DNA of 64,000 nt from Octopus sinensis (taxonomy: Eukaryota), in contig NC_043020.1 of assembly GCF_006345805.1 (NCBI RefSeq), positions 4,216,001 through 4,280,000 on the forward strand, written 5' to 3'. This document shows, piece by piece, positions 49,557 through 63,828 of the stretch. A program made the position numbers and the translations under genes. The notes under the pieces were generated by a model. The model saw nothing but the letters and a program-made list of their open reading frames with translations. It was not told the origin of the DNA and did no database searches. How positions within the stretch are numbered: position 1 is the first letter of the stretch; each line of letters opens with the position of its first letter.

Positions 49557-51239
49557 ATCTACGGCGATCAGTGAAGGTAAACGGTTTCGTGTGGTGAGTG
49601 ACATACTTCAGATTTTGTTTCTGTTGTTGTTTAGCCACAGATCAATCTTGATTCAGTTGACCCATACATTTCCAGCTATGACCATCACGTCCTTAGTACC
49701 TATAACTACGTTTTCCATTTTATCTTTTCATTTCTCAAAGAAGTTGAGTAAGAGCTGATTACTATTTCTAGCAGGTCGAGCGAACACCATATAGAAGCTC
49801 CTTCACCGAAGTTTTCGTTAGCTGCGAATGTTGAGATTTGGTCTTTATGTCCTCCTAAACATAAGGCAATTTAGAGATGTTTTACATTGTTCTTTTATGC
49901 CGTTGGGTGCAGAATGCGAACCCAAACCCCAACTTCAAGTTTCATGAATTGCAAGGATTCCCCAGGTTCGTACATACTTCCATCTGGAAGGGAAATATAA
50001 AACACATCTTCAATCACCCCACTTCTAGGACTGGTCGCTAGTCCCTCGCCAACGTCTATTGTGAAAAAAGAAAAACCCAGTGTTGAATTAAACTGCCTTC
50101 TCAGAGCCACAAGGAAATACTTGTCACCCAATCTCTGATCTCAAAGTCGTCGACAGTACTTAATGCAGTCTGCCATTTTGTCCTGTGCGTATTTGAATAA
50201 ACGAGATAACGATATTGGACTGATTTTGAGGGGGGTTTTTTCTTTTCTTTTTTTTTTTTTCAAATTTTTCACACTAGGTATCTAATATCTACTTTCTTCC
50301 CTGCTACACAATTATCTCAATTCATACCACCAACTTTGACTTGGTTTAGCTCGGCTTGGTTTCACTAAACTTTTTTCTCTACCCCTGTCAAGGACGGTAA
50401 AATAGGATGAAGTTTTGTTGTTAGATATGAAAAGAAAAGAAATCGTTATTTAAGTAAGGGAAGAACTCAGCAAACGAAATTAAAGCAAACGCAATAGAAA
50501 TTAATAAGTAAAATATATAAATAAACACCCTCTTTTCTATTCTATTCTATTGTTGAATGGGCTAAACGATAGGTCCATTACCTGTCACTTCCTTCGTCGA
50601 AAATAAGTTTTCTATGTATGTATTCATTAAGTGGGGAGGGAAATTCATTGAAAGCAGACGACATATTTAACCAAATGTCGAGCTTTGTTAAAATGCATAA
50701 TAAGGAGGAGGGTAGGCTGGAAAGCCACAAAACACAAACGAAACAAAAAAACGGCCAGACAAGTAACTTTATCCGAAATCGAATTTCACAAGATAACCAA
50801 ACTCATTATATCGACACCATATGTCGTCCTTTCCTTCACCATATATACATATATATAATTATATATATATAATTATATATATGGTTTTAGTTTGTTATTT
50901 CACTTTTTATCCCACAAAATAAAATGAAGACGAACTACAAAAAAGGAAAAAGATAAACAAATTTACATTCACTGTGACAGTTCTGGGTTTTTTTTTATTT
51001 TTATCTTTCCTCCACTCATAACCTCAACTCTTCCTCGATACGATATCGGCGCCATTTTGTTTTGTTTTGCTTCTCTTCCCATTACCCCTACAACAATTCC
51101 TTTTTCCTTTAAGTCGATAATAATATAAAGGATCTAACTCTCTATGAAAGCGTCAGCTGCTTGCCTCGATGCAAACACAATCCACCCCCTACAACCTCGA
51201 AAAAAGAAAAAGACAATCAATAACAACCAAAATCGGGGC

Positions 51240-51668
51240 CAGTGGATTAGCAGTCAGTAGAGCATCAGACAAAATACATTGCTGTATTTATTCCTGGTTT
51301 TCTCGTTCTGAGTTCAAATCCTTCTCAAGCCAACTTTGCTTTTCATTTCCCTGGGGGTTGATCTAATCCATTAACGCTTTCTCCCTTAAAATCGCTGGCC
51401 TTGTGCCAAAATTTGAAACTGTTGTTGTTGTTGTTGTTGTTGTTGCTGCTGCTGCTAAAGCGACCAGCTGACAGAATCGTTAACACGCTGGACGAAGTGT
51501 TTAGCGGCATTTCACTCGTCACTACGTTCTGTGCTCAAATTCCGCCGAGGTCGACTTTACCTGTCATTGTTTCGAGGTCTGTAAAATAAGTACCAGTTGA
51601 ACACTGGGGTCGACCTAATCGATTCATCCCCTCCCCCAAAATGGCTGCCTTGTGGCAGAATTTGAAAC

Positions 51669-51699
<31 letters not shown>

Positions 51700-51957
51700 T
51701 ATTATTATTATTATTATTATTTATTATTATTATTATTTTTATTTAAGGTGGCGAGTTAGAATCATTAGCACGTCGGGCGAAGTGCTTAGTGGTATTTCGT
51801 CCGTCGCTCTGTCCTGAGTTCAAATTCCGCCGAGGTTAGCTTTACCTTTCATCCTTTCGGGGTCGATAAATTAAGTACCAGTGAAACACTGGGGTCAATG
51901 TATTCGATTGGTCCCCTCTCCCAAGATTCCAGGCTTTGTGCCTATAGTAGAAAGGAT
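51240..51957 (+). mobile_element. Three tandem SINE A copies (tail type 2) separated by (TTG)n and (TTA)n
   Basis: Copies at about 51240-51415, 51470-51665 and 51747-51957, each with a GAGTTCAAAT-like B box and a CCTTGTG tail. Confidence 0.85.
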
Positions 51958-52142
51958 TATTATTATTATTACATTCACGCACCTATCGCAAATAGATGCA
52001 GCATCTTAATTTTTTTTTCTGTTACTCTCTAACTTTAAATCTTCTCCTTCAAACACTCATACGTCGAAAACAACGGGAACGATCATCATCATCATCATTG
52101 TTGTTGTTGTTTGTAAGTGTATACATGTGCGGCTGTGTGTGT

Positions 52143-52179
<37 letters not shown>

Positions 52180-53453
52180 TTGTGTAGCAATATACTCTCT
52201 CATCAAACCGACGCCATATCCATGCCATATCCTAGCTGTGTATTCAAACAAGACAAACTCTTCGGCTAACATTGCTTGAAGACAAATAAGAATTTCCTTC
52301 CAGATAATGGAGACCGACTGCTGGGGAAGAGAAACACAAAAAGAAGAGAAAAAGCTTATATCAGTAACCGCTTAGTGAGACAACCTTTTACAACTTTTAT
52401 TTCAAGACATCAAATTAATATCTGTGTCGAGATTAAATAGCCCTCCCTGTAAACACTACCACTGTAAAAAGAAAATAAGAACTATATTGAAGTTGATGTG
52501 AAGCTATTCAACGTAGAGAGTAGAGAGGCAAGTTTTGTTTTGCGAATGTTTCAAAAAAAAAGATGGGTGAATGTAGCAAGGATGGCACGTATGAATGACG
52601 AAGCCACCTTGAGCATAATCCTATGAACACGGAAAAATTTAAAACAGAGGGTTACCTACTTTCAAACAAATGTGATAACATGTAACATTATTGACCGAGG
52701 TTACCGTGGTCTTTTACGTAGGCTTTTCTTTCCACGGATAAACCTTATCTGCTTCCCCCTTTACACTTTACATCATGACATTTCTGTGATACACGATCCC
52801 TATTGATCGTTTTTTCTTTTTCTTTTTTTTCCTTTCCCTTTTTTTTTTCTTTCACTTTTACGATCCCATTTGATCGAAAGTCTACCCAAGAAAAGCTCTA
52901 CTTTGTAATCTGTCCCGTCTGTGTGCAGCCCTGTGTGGCCAATAAAGAAACATATTTAACGTAGGGATCATTGAGCAGAAAACAAAGAATATTTAATGCA
53001 GTCAACGGATTGAAAACAATAATCAAAGAAAAGTTGATATTATCTCATTTATTTCTGCAAGTTCAGTGGGAAAACTGAAGATGTTCAGTTTTATTATTTG
53101 CTCAGCAGAAGTATAAAGTCCACTATAGTTGCCGCAGTGGTAATGAAAGAATCGCCAAATCAATGTACATTTGTTGCCGGTGGAAAGAAAAACTAGAATT
53201 GGTAAAAAAAAAGAGTAATGAATTAATGAAACAAAGTTTAATTGAAACATTTTGATTGAATTTCAAAAGTTGTTCGTCAGAATAAAGATACTCTGCAGAT
53301 TACTCTGAAAAGAGACAACTGGGTAACTATATACCAGTGAAAAGCGGTGTGGTGGTGGGAACCAACACCGTCCCAAAATGTGTGTAAAGAAAAAAACATT
53401 TTAATACAAAATAATGCTTTAGCGTAGAAATTAAAAAGAAAACTCTTATAAGC

Positions 53454-53531
<78 letters not shown>

Positions 53532-54053
53532 TTTTGTATATGTATAGTGCGCGTGCGTGTATATATAATATAGGAAAACCAACAAGAACTGCAATAAAAG
53601 AATAAAAATTATAAAAGAAAAACAATTTAAAGAAACCCTGGATCACCTTAGAGATGTATTGATCTCTCCTTGATTCGGCGTGTAGGGGCGGGGTGTGGTG
53701 TTTGTTTTACGAAATGACTGATGTACTGTGTAAGTAAAGAAACGTTTGTATTGTTTTTGTTTCTGTCAGTTGTTATTTCCAGTTTTGATATCGATACCAT
53801 TTTCATTTTATTCAATTATTTTCTTAAAATTCTTTTTTTCCTTCTTTTTTGCTTAAATGCTCGTCGGTTTCCGTTATTTTCCGCTCATCTCTCTTCGCAT
53901 CGCTTCGACTCGTTTCGTTTCGCCCGTTAGCTATAAGTTCGTTTTCATCCTCGTTTTGAACACACTAATCGGATTTCGTCGTCTTTTGCCTTCATTAATC
54001 TTTCGCATCTGTTTGAGGTTTTCTTTCTTTTTTTCCTTTTTCTTTCTTTCTTT

Positions 54054-54095
<42 letters not shown>

Positions 54096-54129
54096 ATCTT
54101 TCTTTTCTTTGTTTTGTTTTATTATAATC

Positions 54130-54960
54130 CAAAATGGGTGCATGTTACTCGAACCCAAGCAGATGTGGGCAGCATTTCAGCAGCACTTCACTCGACTGTT
54201 CGCGACGAATAACGGATTGAAATGCAGGATGCACTTCAGTACCAACCTCGATGATTTGCCATGACTCTTGGCAAGAGAGGCGGATGGGAAGGGCATTTTC
54301 GAGATAAACTCGACAGACATGGAAGCACCGTTAATCGAACTTACTCAAGATGCGTCAGGGCGTCAAAACTCTTCTGCACGCTCTCGTCCATGCCCGAGCA
54401 TTGCTAACGTGTGGGTTTATGTCGAACATCTGCTATCGCGTATTCGATGGATGCGGCTATCGGTTGTCTATTGTGAAGATCGTCCCGCCGCCTTCCTTCG
54501 ACCAGGAAGGGCAGGCAGTGTTTATCTCTGGTGGACTTAGCGAAAGAAATAGTGCGGTGGATTGAAAGGGTTGCAGACAGATAGTTTATTCTTTGGTCAA
54601 AACTCATCAACTTTTTCGAGTTTCACTTGAAAAGAAAGTGTGGGTGGAGAGGGAAATTCTGCCTTTCAGCAATTTTGTTGAAAGGAGGTGAATGTGACAA
54701 GAGTGGTCCAAGTGAGTGGGTCTACTCTAAGCATGCGCCTGTTGATTGAAGGATGATGATGAAGAGAGGGCACGTGCTCCACGTGGTTGTGTGAGCTTTT
54801 GTTTTTGCCCCATAACTGAGTTCGGCCCTCAGCGCCAAGGGTGTACGCAATGATTTGCTTTGCTTTGTTGGTGAATTTCTATTGTAAAACGAGTACACTG
54901 TCCGATGGGGACAATGTTCCTGTATTTGAGGAAATGCTGGAGTTCCGCTTTATGTCTTGG
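54130..54960 (+). mobile_element. L1/Tx1-clade LINE relic with internal deletion
   Basis: LLEPKQMWAAFQQHFTRLF (EN-RT linker) is joined within about 200 bp to the C-terminal zinc-knuckle region (LLHALV.CPSIANVWVYVEHLLSR, IVKIVPPPSF, KVWVEREIL). The RT domain is absent. Confidence 0.7.
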
Positions 54961-55725
54961 TTTACACTTTAGAAATAGTAAAGAAATGCAAGCGACGAAA
55001 AGGATTGAAAAACGTTGAATATGTTTGTGTAACATAAAAATATATTTTAATTCGAATATATTTCTCCTTGGAACACCAAATTAGATTTATTAATACACAT
55101 TCACGGTTCATGAACTTTACTTGTCCACAGAAATCGAATGTGACTAAAGCATCGCCTGTTCTGTACTGTCTTTTTTTCTTTTCTTTTTTTTTGATTTTGC
55201 TAACATCCATTTCCCGTCAGTTGTCTGTAGATGAACAGACACTCATTTCAGTGAACAGTTCATGAATAGTTCACAACGGGATCAAGTAGTTTATTTTAAA
55301 ACATTAAATCAGTGTGAGAGTGAAAACTTCAAATCTGTGGGACGTATTTACTTGATTTTTATCACTCTATAACTTCATCGGATTTTTACTTTACCGACCT
55401 TCGGGAAGAATTGGAAACAATGTTGACCTCGGCTAGGTTTGAACTTTAAATGTAAAGGTCGCTACTAAGTTATAGGCACTTTACTGATTCTGCCAATTCC
55501 TCTCCTTCGCGAAAATATTTGTAAAAACTGTAATATTGAAATGAACTAAGTATTATTGCCTTTCTGAAGTTCTTCGAGCGATTTACTCCGGTTCTGTTTG
55601 GGTTTGATAATACCAGGGGTTTTAGTGTCCACATCAGATTGGAGCCAAATAGTTGAGACATCAGCCACATTGAGTGGGGGAACATAATGCGTTTGTTCAT
55701 GTTAGTTAAAACATAAACAAGGATG

Positions 55726-55774
<49 letters not shown>

Positions 55775-56493
55775 GTACGCACATTGTAATTACTCCCTTG
55801 GTGCTAATCACTTATAAATACCCATAGTTCCCTGCTATCTTCTTCCTCGAATCACCATGTTAGTACCAGCAAAAAAAAAAGATATGTATTTGAATTTTTC
55901 TTGTTATATTTCACATTTAAACACAGACATTTTAATTCTGATGTTTAATCTTATATCTCACATTCTGTATTTGACATATACTTGGGTTTACATGATTGAT
56001 ATATATAGTAATTCATATTTATAATGTATAATTTATAAATTTTAATTCTTAATATCTCAAAGTATAATTTTTATTCTTAACTTTTAATTCGTAATTTTTA
56101 ATCTTTAATGCTTAATTGCATTGCTTATTTTTAAACGGATGTAAAATTAGATATAGAACGTTTTGTTTTGGTGTCTCGCAATGCCATATACGCCTATGAG
56201 GATTTACCTTCCCAATGAAACTCGTTTTTTTCCCAAACTTTTTCACAAACCTGCTATAATGTTATACATGTCTTTGGTGTGGTAATTGTACGCGGCTGAA
56301 GAAGGCTCTTGACCTACATGTTATATCAATTATGCATTGATATAAATCGTTCAATAAAGCCAGAAACATATGTACCGCAAAATCCTTTGCATCCTGTTTT
56401 TCTTCTGATACATATATCCTATCACCTATACCACTAGCTGGCATATACAGGTGCTTACAGTTATCAAGTATTCACCCTGAACTTTTTGTATAT

Positions 56494-56568
<75 letters not shown>

Positions 56569-56687
56569 ACAGTTATGTATATGTATATATATTGTAATCT
56601 TCCAATACTGAAACACGTGTAGTTCCTTCATATTTAATAAATGTAAGTATTAACTAAAGTAGGATATAATTAACGAAGTATAATATT

Positions 56688-56824
56688 AGGTTGTCCCAAA
56701 AGTTCGTAAACACTTGCGAAAATTGAATTTTTATTCGCCAAGTACTAACAAAAACAACAAAAATTATTCCTCAAAATAAAGACCATTATTTTCCAAGACT
56801 TTCTACGAACTTTTGGGACAACCT
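56688..56824. mobile_element. 137-bp mariner-type MITE
   Basis: Perfect 21-bp TIRs AGGTTGTCCCAAAAGTTCGTA / TACGAACTTTTGGGACAACCT in a TA-rich context. Confidence 0.9.
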
Positions 56825-57124
56825 TATATTATATACCCTGCTGGTAATTTTGGTTATATCCTTTAAATATTATTTCGTGATGTGCAAACTGATACCATGA
56901 GTTTACTGTCAGATATAATCATTAGATTATTTTTGTATTATCTGAATTAGAATACCCGCATATTGATTAATCCCCAAAAATTGAATATTGACTTTTATCA
57001 GATATTTTGTATATTTGTAGATCAATATATAAATATACGATAAATAAGACCCCAAAGTACGATATGTAGATGCATATAATGCTGATGGATTACACCTGAT
57101 TGATTTGGAAATTTGTTTTCCCTA

Positions 57125-57208
<84 letters not shown>

Positions 57209-57789
57209 AATTTACACACACACAGAGGCACACCATTTGCAGATATATTCTGTGCTACGGATCTGTGGGAAATGTCTGTAACATTAAGCTGCTAGATCTG
57301 AAAATACGAAATTCCAACCAAATCCATTAATCTCTTCTCCTCTTTCTCCCTCACTGCCTCTCTCTCTCTCACGCGCGCGCGCGATATCCAGATTTGTGTG
57401 CAGGAATCAAGGGAGAACATTTGTGGCCCCTTGCAGCTCACTGTTCATCGCGACTAGATGCAGACGCTTGGCACTTCTCACTTGTAATGATGATGATGAT
57501 GAGGAGGAGGAGGAGGAGGGGGGAGGAGGATTTTTTTTTTACTTGTCACAGAAGCTTCCGATGAGAGGGACGTTACCGGGTAGTTGCAATTTGCGTGAGT
57601 GTTTACATAAAAGCAGTGAGGTGAAACGAAGGGACGAGAAGGAAGCCTAACAATGCGCAGAAGTAGACGAAGTGAAGGTACAGACGATGCGCTCCTCCGG
57701 ATAGAGGAGAACCTTTAACCAGAGCCAGGTTACCACGTAACCAAGTCACACTCACTTCTTAGTGACGGAGAGGCTTGTGTGTATATATG

Positions 57790-58078
57790 TCACCGTGACC
57801 GACCAGGCTATCAGATGTTGCTACACATCGCTGGTCGCATTGTTTTGGCCTTCAAATGACGCCACCCCGCTGGCTGAGCGAGCAGGCCAACAGAAGAAAG
57901 AGTGAGAGAAAGTTGTGGAGAAAGAGTACAGCAGGGTTCGCCACCACCCCCTGCCGGAGCCTCGTGGAGCTTTAGGTGTTTTCGCTCAATAAACACTCAC
58001 AACGCCCGGTCTGGGAATCGAAACTGCGATCCTACTACGACGAGTCCGCTGCCCTAACCACTGGGCCATTGCGCCTCC
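57790..58078 (-). mobile_element. SINE family C with alternative 3' tail
   Basis: Head GGAGGCGCAATGGCCCAGTGGTTAGGG and body match 4079; after CTTTCTCTCACTCTTTC the sequence differs completely. Confidence 0.88.
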
Positions 58079-58079
58079 A

Positions 58080-58122
<43 letters not shown>

Positions 58123-58471
58123 ATCACATGTATGTAATGTATGCACGTATGTATGTGTGAGTGTGCGTGTGTGTGTGTGTTTTATCTTTTATCGGAACCT
58201 CGAATATAAAGTGCGATATTACGCTTCATATTCGACGCTCCGAAGAAGCTCAAATGTGTCACTCAGGCAACCAGCTATGAGTTCACTGCATCTTACAGCA
58301 GAAACAACTGTAAGCTAATGAAGTTCATAAAATAATCGTTCATTCCTTCGTCTTTTTATTTATTTTCTTTTTTTACCGCTCTGTACTTGACTAACTTTTC
58401 ATTCCGAAACACGTATCTTGAGTTCTACACCAAATCATTTGTCTCGAAATGTCTAGGCGAATTATATATAT

Positions 58472-58516
<45 letters not shown>

Positions 58517-58517
<1 letters not shown>

Positions 58518-59453
58518 CGTATATACTCGTGTAAAAGTCGAATTTTTAGACCATATTTTAAGGTCAAATTATGGGGTCGACTATTACATGGATACTACTA
58601 TTGAAGGGCTGAAATTCAAGCTAGAATCTGAAGTACTGTATCAACAGCAGAAGCCCAACTGATCTATAATGAATTCCAGGAATATTACCAATTCTGTGCC
58701 TCAAAGCACTCGCCCTAGTAAATAGCAAAACCTATGGACAAGACCGTGTAGCTCTTGTAAATAGTTACACTTTCTCTTTAAAAAAGTTGCAGGATGTCGT
58801 GTGCAGTGGTGTTTGCCAGTATTCACCAATAGTGTTGTCTGTGAAACATGGTTCTCACCATGTAAAATGACGAGCGTATGACGTATGTGATTATTGTACT
58901 TGGAGATGAGGAAAATAGTCGCATGAGAACCACTGATCTACCGATTAAATGGATGTCTTTAGGTATACCAAAACATCCAATTTTAGGTATGCCTTTGTAC
59001 GAATTCAGACAGTGGCGTTTGTCAGTGTTCGCCAATAGTGCTGTCTGTGAAACAGGTTTCTCACCATGTAAACAATGAATGTATGATGCATGTGTTTGTT
59101 GTGCTTCGAGATGTATGTAGTCTTGCAGCATACATTTTAGTAATGGTGATGTAGCACCCATCAACAGATGGGTAGTGCTCACTAGTAAATGGTGTCTTAC
59201 TATAAGCACCAAGCATTCCATTATAAGCATCAAGCATTCCACTTATAGAGCAAGCTACAGTAAGGTAGCCACACAGTTTTGTAACAGTGTTATTTCTACG
59301 TACAGGATAATACGGTACCTTGACCCACAAATGTCGTCCTGTTTTTCATAAAAGACAAGGGTCAGCTTTTATTCGGGGTCTATGGAAACTTCCCAATTTT
59401 TTGGCCAAAAATTAGGGGTCGACTTTTACATGAGATCAACTCTAGTATATACG

Positions 59454-59455
<2 letters not shown>
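58517..59455. mobile_element. pogo-like non-autonomous DNA transposon (about 940 bp)
   Basis: Left end ACGTATATACTCGTGTAAAAGTCGA; right end TCGACTTTTACATGAG...CTAGTATATACGGT; repeated GGGGTCGAC subterminal motifs. Confidence 0.7.
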
Positions 59456-59540
<85 letters not shown>

Positions 59541-59878
59541 AGATATATTGTGAATTTATCTGCTTTTAAAATGATGGACTTTTATATAAAGTAAAATTTA
59601 GTGGCGATTGCGAAATAGTGTCATCGTCGGCATTATTGTTGTAGTTAGTAGTGGTGGTGGTGTGGTGGTGGTGGTGGTGGTGGTGGTGGTGGTGGCAGCG
59701 TTTGCAATAATAATGGTGATAGTGGTAGCGATGGTATTATAAGGTACTTGTGGTGATAATGAATGTGTAAGTGGTGGGGAGGGTGATGTTGGAGCAAAGT
59801 TTGACGTAGATTTTCATGAAAATTGCAGTTTTCACGAAATATATATATATCTATTCAATGCGCGCGCGTGTGTATGTG

Positions 59879-59926
<48 letters not shown>

Positions 59927-60287
59927 CAGAATGCAAAAACTCACACATCATTTATTTCACTCGTCAGTAATCACTGATTTGGCTTCCCCCTGGGGCCATT
60001 TAATTTTTGTAGTTTTTTTTAATGTTATTTCCAGATTTTATCTAACTTTTTCTTTTCATATTTTCGCCCTTCAGCTTTTTCTTTCCCATTCAAATCATTT
60101 TTATTTACAGCCTCTGGTCGTTTCTATTTACCGACTTACCTACACATAGCACCCTAATTCTCCCTCTTTCCTAATTCACTCATCACTCACTCCGCCTCCA
60201 GCGTTTGTGTGTGTGTGTGTGTGTGTGTATATGTATATTTATTTACGCATTGGTATATATGTATACATATGCGTATACATAAGTGTG

Positions 60288-60319
<32 letters not shown>

Positions 60320-60573
60320 TATGTGTGTGTATATATATATATACGTGTGTGTGTAGGTATACAACAAACACTCACATACACACACACACACATTCTATCA
60401 GTAAATCTCTAAAAAAATCCGTTTGCTTTATTCGTGTTGCCTCAACTTTATAAAACTAATCCTGTTGCTGCAGGGTTGTTATGTGTGTGTGTGAGTGCGC
60501 GTATGTCTGTACGCGTATGAGTGTGTGTGTGTGTTTATAAATGCATGTATGTATATCTGTATTTCCATACACG

Positions 60574-60663
<90 letters not shown>

Positions 60664-60665
60664 CA

Positions 60666-60884
60666 CACGAAATGGGTGCTGAAAAGTTCTTGGCTTTGAG
60701 TAAAAGAAAACACAGGAGGATCAGTTAATTATGATTTTATTCAACATATTCCACTCTCAGCTTCACACACTTATTGCATCAGTCCTCCAGCTTCTCTAAG
60801 CTCTGTCAAAAAAGTCGGAAGGTTGGGCGTCCAGCCAGGCCTTTCGCGAAACTCTTAAAGCTAGGAATTTTTAGCACCCTATAT
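60666..60884. mobile_element. Mariner-type MITE, copy 2
   Basis: GGTGCTGAAAAGTTCTTGGCTTT / AAAGCTAGGAATTTTTAGCACC; interior homologous to 7803-8020. Confidence 0.78.
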
Positions 60885-60973
60885 AGGGTACAAGGGGTTA
60901 GCGCGGAAATAAAAACCTTATAGGTGAATAATACAAATATTATAATAATTATATACATAATTATATGCAGATT

Positions 60974-61070
<97 letters not shown>

Positions 61071-61867
61071 ATATATATTATATATATATATACACGCGCG
61101 TGTGACTATGTTTCTCCCCTCCACACACACACATTGCTTGACAACCGGTGTTGATATGTTTACATCCTCGTAACTTAACGGTGGACAAAAGGGAACAATA
61201 GAGTAAGTACCAGGCTTAAAAAAATAAAAAAATATTCTTCAACGTGCTCCAGCATGGCCGGAGTCGACTGAAACAAGTAAAAGAATAGCTATAGATATAC
61301 ATACTCACGCACATACACATACCGCTTTCATCAGGTAAATACAAGTAAGAATTAACAATTACGACTTCTCAAGAAAAAGGGCGCAGTGTCAGATGGCTCG
61401 ACTAACCCAAATTCTTGACAAGTTCTAATTGTCAATTCTTACCTGTATTCACCTTATTGTTGTTGTTGTTTTTTTTTTGGAGGGGGGTGCATGACATAAC
61501 AGTTCTGTTCATCAATGAAAACACGTGTGAAACAGCTGTAGTGAACCACAACCCCTCTGTTGTTATCGCTTATTCTTTACCTAACCCGGAATCTTCGATA
61601 CGTTTGGATCTGGGGTCTATAGACGTCGGTGCAATAGATGCAGTGAGTGCAGCCATGTGTGACGTTGATGACACGTCGTGTATTCAGTTAGTCACTTGTA
61701 AATGCAGGTGCATAACGGGGAGAACAAATCCGTCTTTACTTTGTTGTATCCGTAGATGGTGTCATTCATTGTTTGTACAGAGTCGCACTATCGCCGACCT
61801 GACATCGGTGCTTTCACAAATACCCGGTTCTCTCGGATTCTGGAAATATATATATATATATACATAT

Positions 61868-62087
61868 ATGATGGTTGTCTAGTCCTTCTGCAGAGTTTGA
61901 CCACCTCTTGTACTAAACCTTGGATCCATCATGGCGCCTGGTTTGGATTTTTAAACCAGACAATGCACTGATAAGACACCCACAAAGTTCGCAAATCTGA
62001 TTTGGACCGCCGAAGGTTGCAGTTAAGTTCTGATCTTTGAGGCCTCCGTTAGATTTGCAAACCTGGCATTCACTGCATTTAAAGGTG
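61868..62087 (-). mobile_element. LINE-like 3' end encoding C2H2-type zinc fingers, copy 2
   Basis: [17 protein letters not shown]...[15 protein letters not shown]...HDGSKV; homologous to 25144-25392. Confidence 0.65.
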
Positions 62088-62091
62088 CGCG

Positions 62092-62172
<81 letters not shown>

Positions 62173-63155
62173 GTATATATGTATATATGTATGTATGTAT
62201 GTATGTAGTCTGCCCATTTGTCTCTTCGTTTTTGCCTCTGTTTCCGTCAACACCACTCCTCCTCCTTCCACCCTATTTCCGACTGTCAAACTCCAAAATT
62301 TGACAAGAAAATATAAAAGTCCAAAGTAACGTAGAAATAGAAGAAACCGTTTCCACCAGATTCTGAAATTAAACAGATCGCCATTGGCTACAATAGTTCT
62401 CCTCTGTCTGTCTGTCGTTCTACAAAGATAGACTCTGTGTGTGCACGCGTGCTTGTGTGTGTGTGTGTGTGTGTGTAAGGGAGAGAAAAGGACAGAGAGA
62501 AACAGTAAGAGGATGCATGACTGAATCTGAGTGTTTCGACCCCGATACCTTTTTCATTTAACTCGTTAAGAAGCATTTGTATGGGACAATGTGGTACTTC
62601 GGTGTATCTTAAGTGCTCAATGAAATTGTAAATCAATGATTATTTGTTTTGAAATGAAACAGCTACAATAAAATAATTTACAAGAACAATATGATCACCG
62701 CTACCACCAACAATGATATCCTCATCGCCATCGTCACCATCGTCATCAATACAGCCAGCTTCCCCACCACCACCATCACCAATACAACTTTTGAATAATT
62801 TTATCTGGCAACAGCAATAATAATATCAGCATAATAGTAATGTCTGTAGCTACATATGTTACATGTCAACGTAGCGGAGGTGGTGTGGTAAAAGAGTTTT
62901 TATGATTCGAGTTAGAAGAGCAGGGTACGAAGTGCTCGTGAACTTGGTGACTCTTCAGTTAACTGTAATCATACGGAACTCCTTTCCACCTCACTCCCTC
63001 GAATTCACTGCTTCTCGCTTCCATCCTTACATCCTTTGGAAGAATACAAGATTTTGCTTTTAAAAAGCATTTCTTTCTTGGTGCTTTTTTAAACTTCATA
63101 TTTGCTATGGATAATTGTTGATCGCCGGCGCTACTGTATTTACCGCCATTTTAAG

Positions 63156-63828
63156 ATGTGTGGAAAGAAACCATCAAGTAGAACTGAAGCGAGAGGTGTG
63201 AGAAGGAACTGTAAAAAGATTACACTGGATACTAAACTTGATGTTTTAGCAAGGCTTCGTGCGGGGGAAAGAAATCAGCCGTATTACCAAGAGATTAAAA
63301 CTTGCAACATCTACAGTGAAAACAGCCTAGCAATGGAGAAATGGAGAGAAAACTATTTGAATTTTGTTTTCATAAGTCTAATGTGATATTTAAGATGAGC
63401 CGGTTCTTGAGTTTATGGATTGACAAGTTTTCCATAAGCAGAAAGTCTACATCAAATTAGGAAAGATATAGAAACGCTTACAGGTTCGAAGAAGTCATAG
63501 TGAAAAATGTGGTTGAGTTGCTAGTGTCTCGTTGAGAAAGCTTATCTAACAAGAAACTGATGTTGTTAGAGCAACAGCAAACTGAGGATAGGGAAATTCC
63601 AACAACTCCACTTCAGTTGACAATAAAAAAATTTTTATCAAAGAGTTGGCACTTAGAGAGGAAAATTTACAAGATTTCATTGATAAAAACTCTAATCATG
63701 AACAGAACATAATAATAACAATGGGATTTTACAATGAGTTCAGTTCCTACATTGAGCTGTACAAAGAGATGGATAAGTTGTTCGCCCCTCAAATAGATGT
63801 TGATGATGATGATGTTGATGAACTATAA
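63156..63828 (+). pseudogene. Tigger/pogo (CENP-B-like) transposase relic with internal deletion
   Basis: N-terminal KKITLDTKLDVLARLRAGERN (HTH) and C-terminal VELLVSR*ESLSNKKLMLLEQQ ... SYIELYKEM. The DDE core is missing. Confidence 0.75.

Noticed and set aside
52793-52876. Two spaced palindromes CGATC-N6-GATCG
   Set aside because: They lie in a region with SINE A remnants and are likely a local duplication. No independent support for function.
53714-53735. ATGACTGATGTACTGT|GTAAGT as a first coding exon
   Set aside because: Five codons only, with no promoter evidence and no downstream acceptor exon found.
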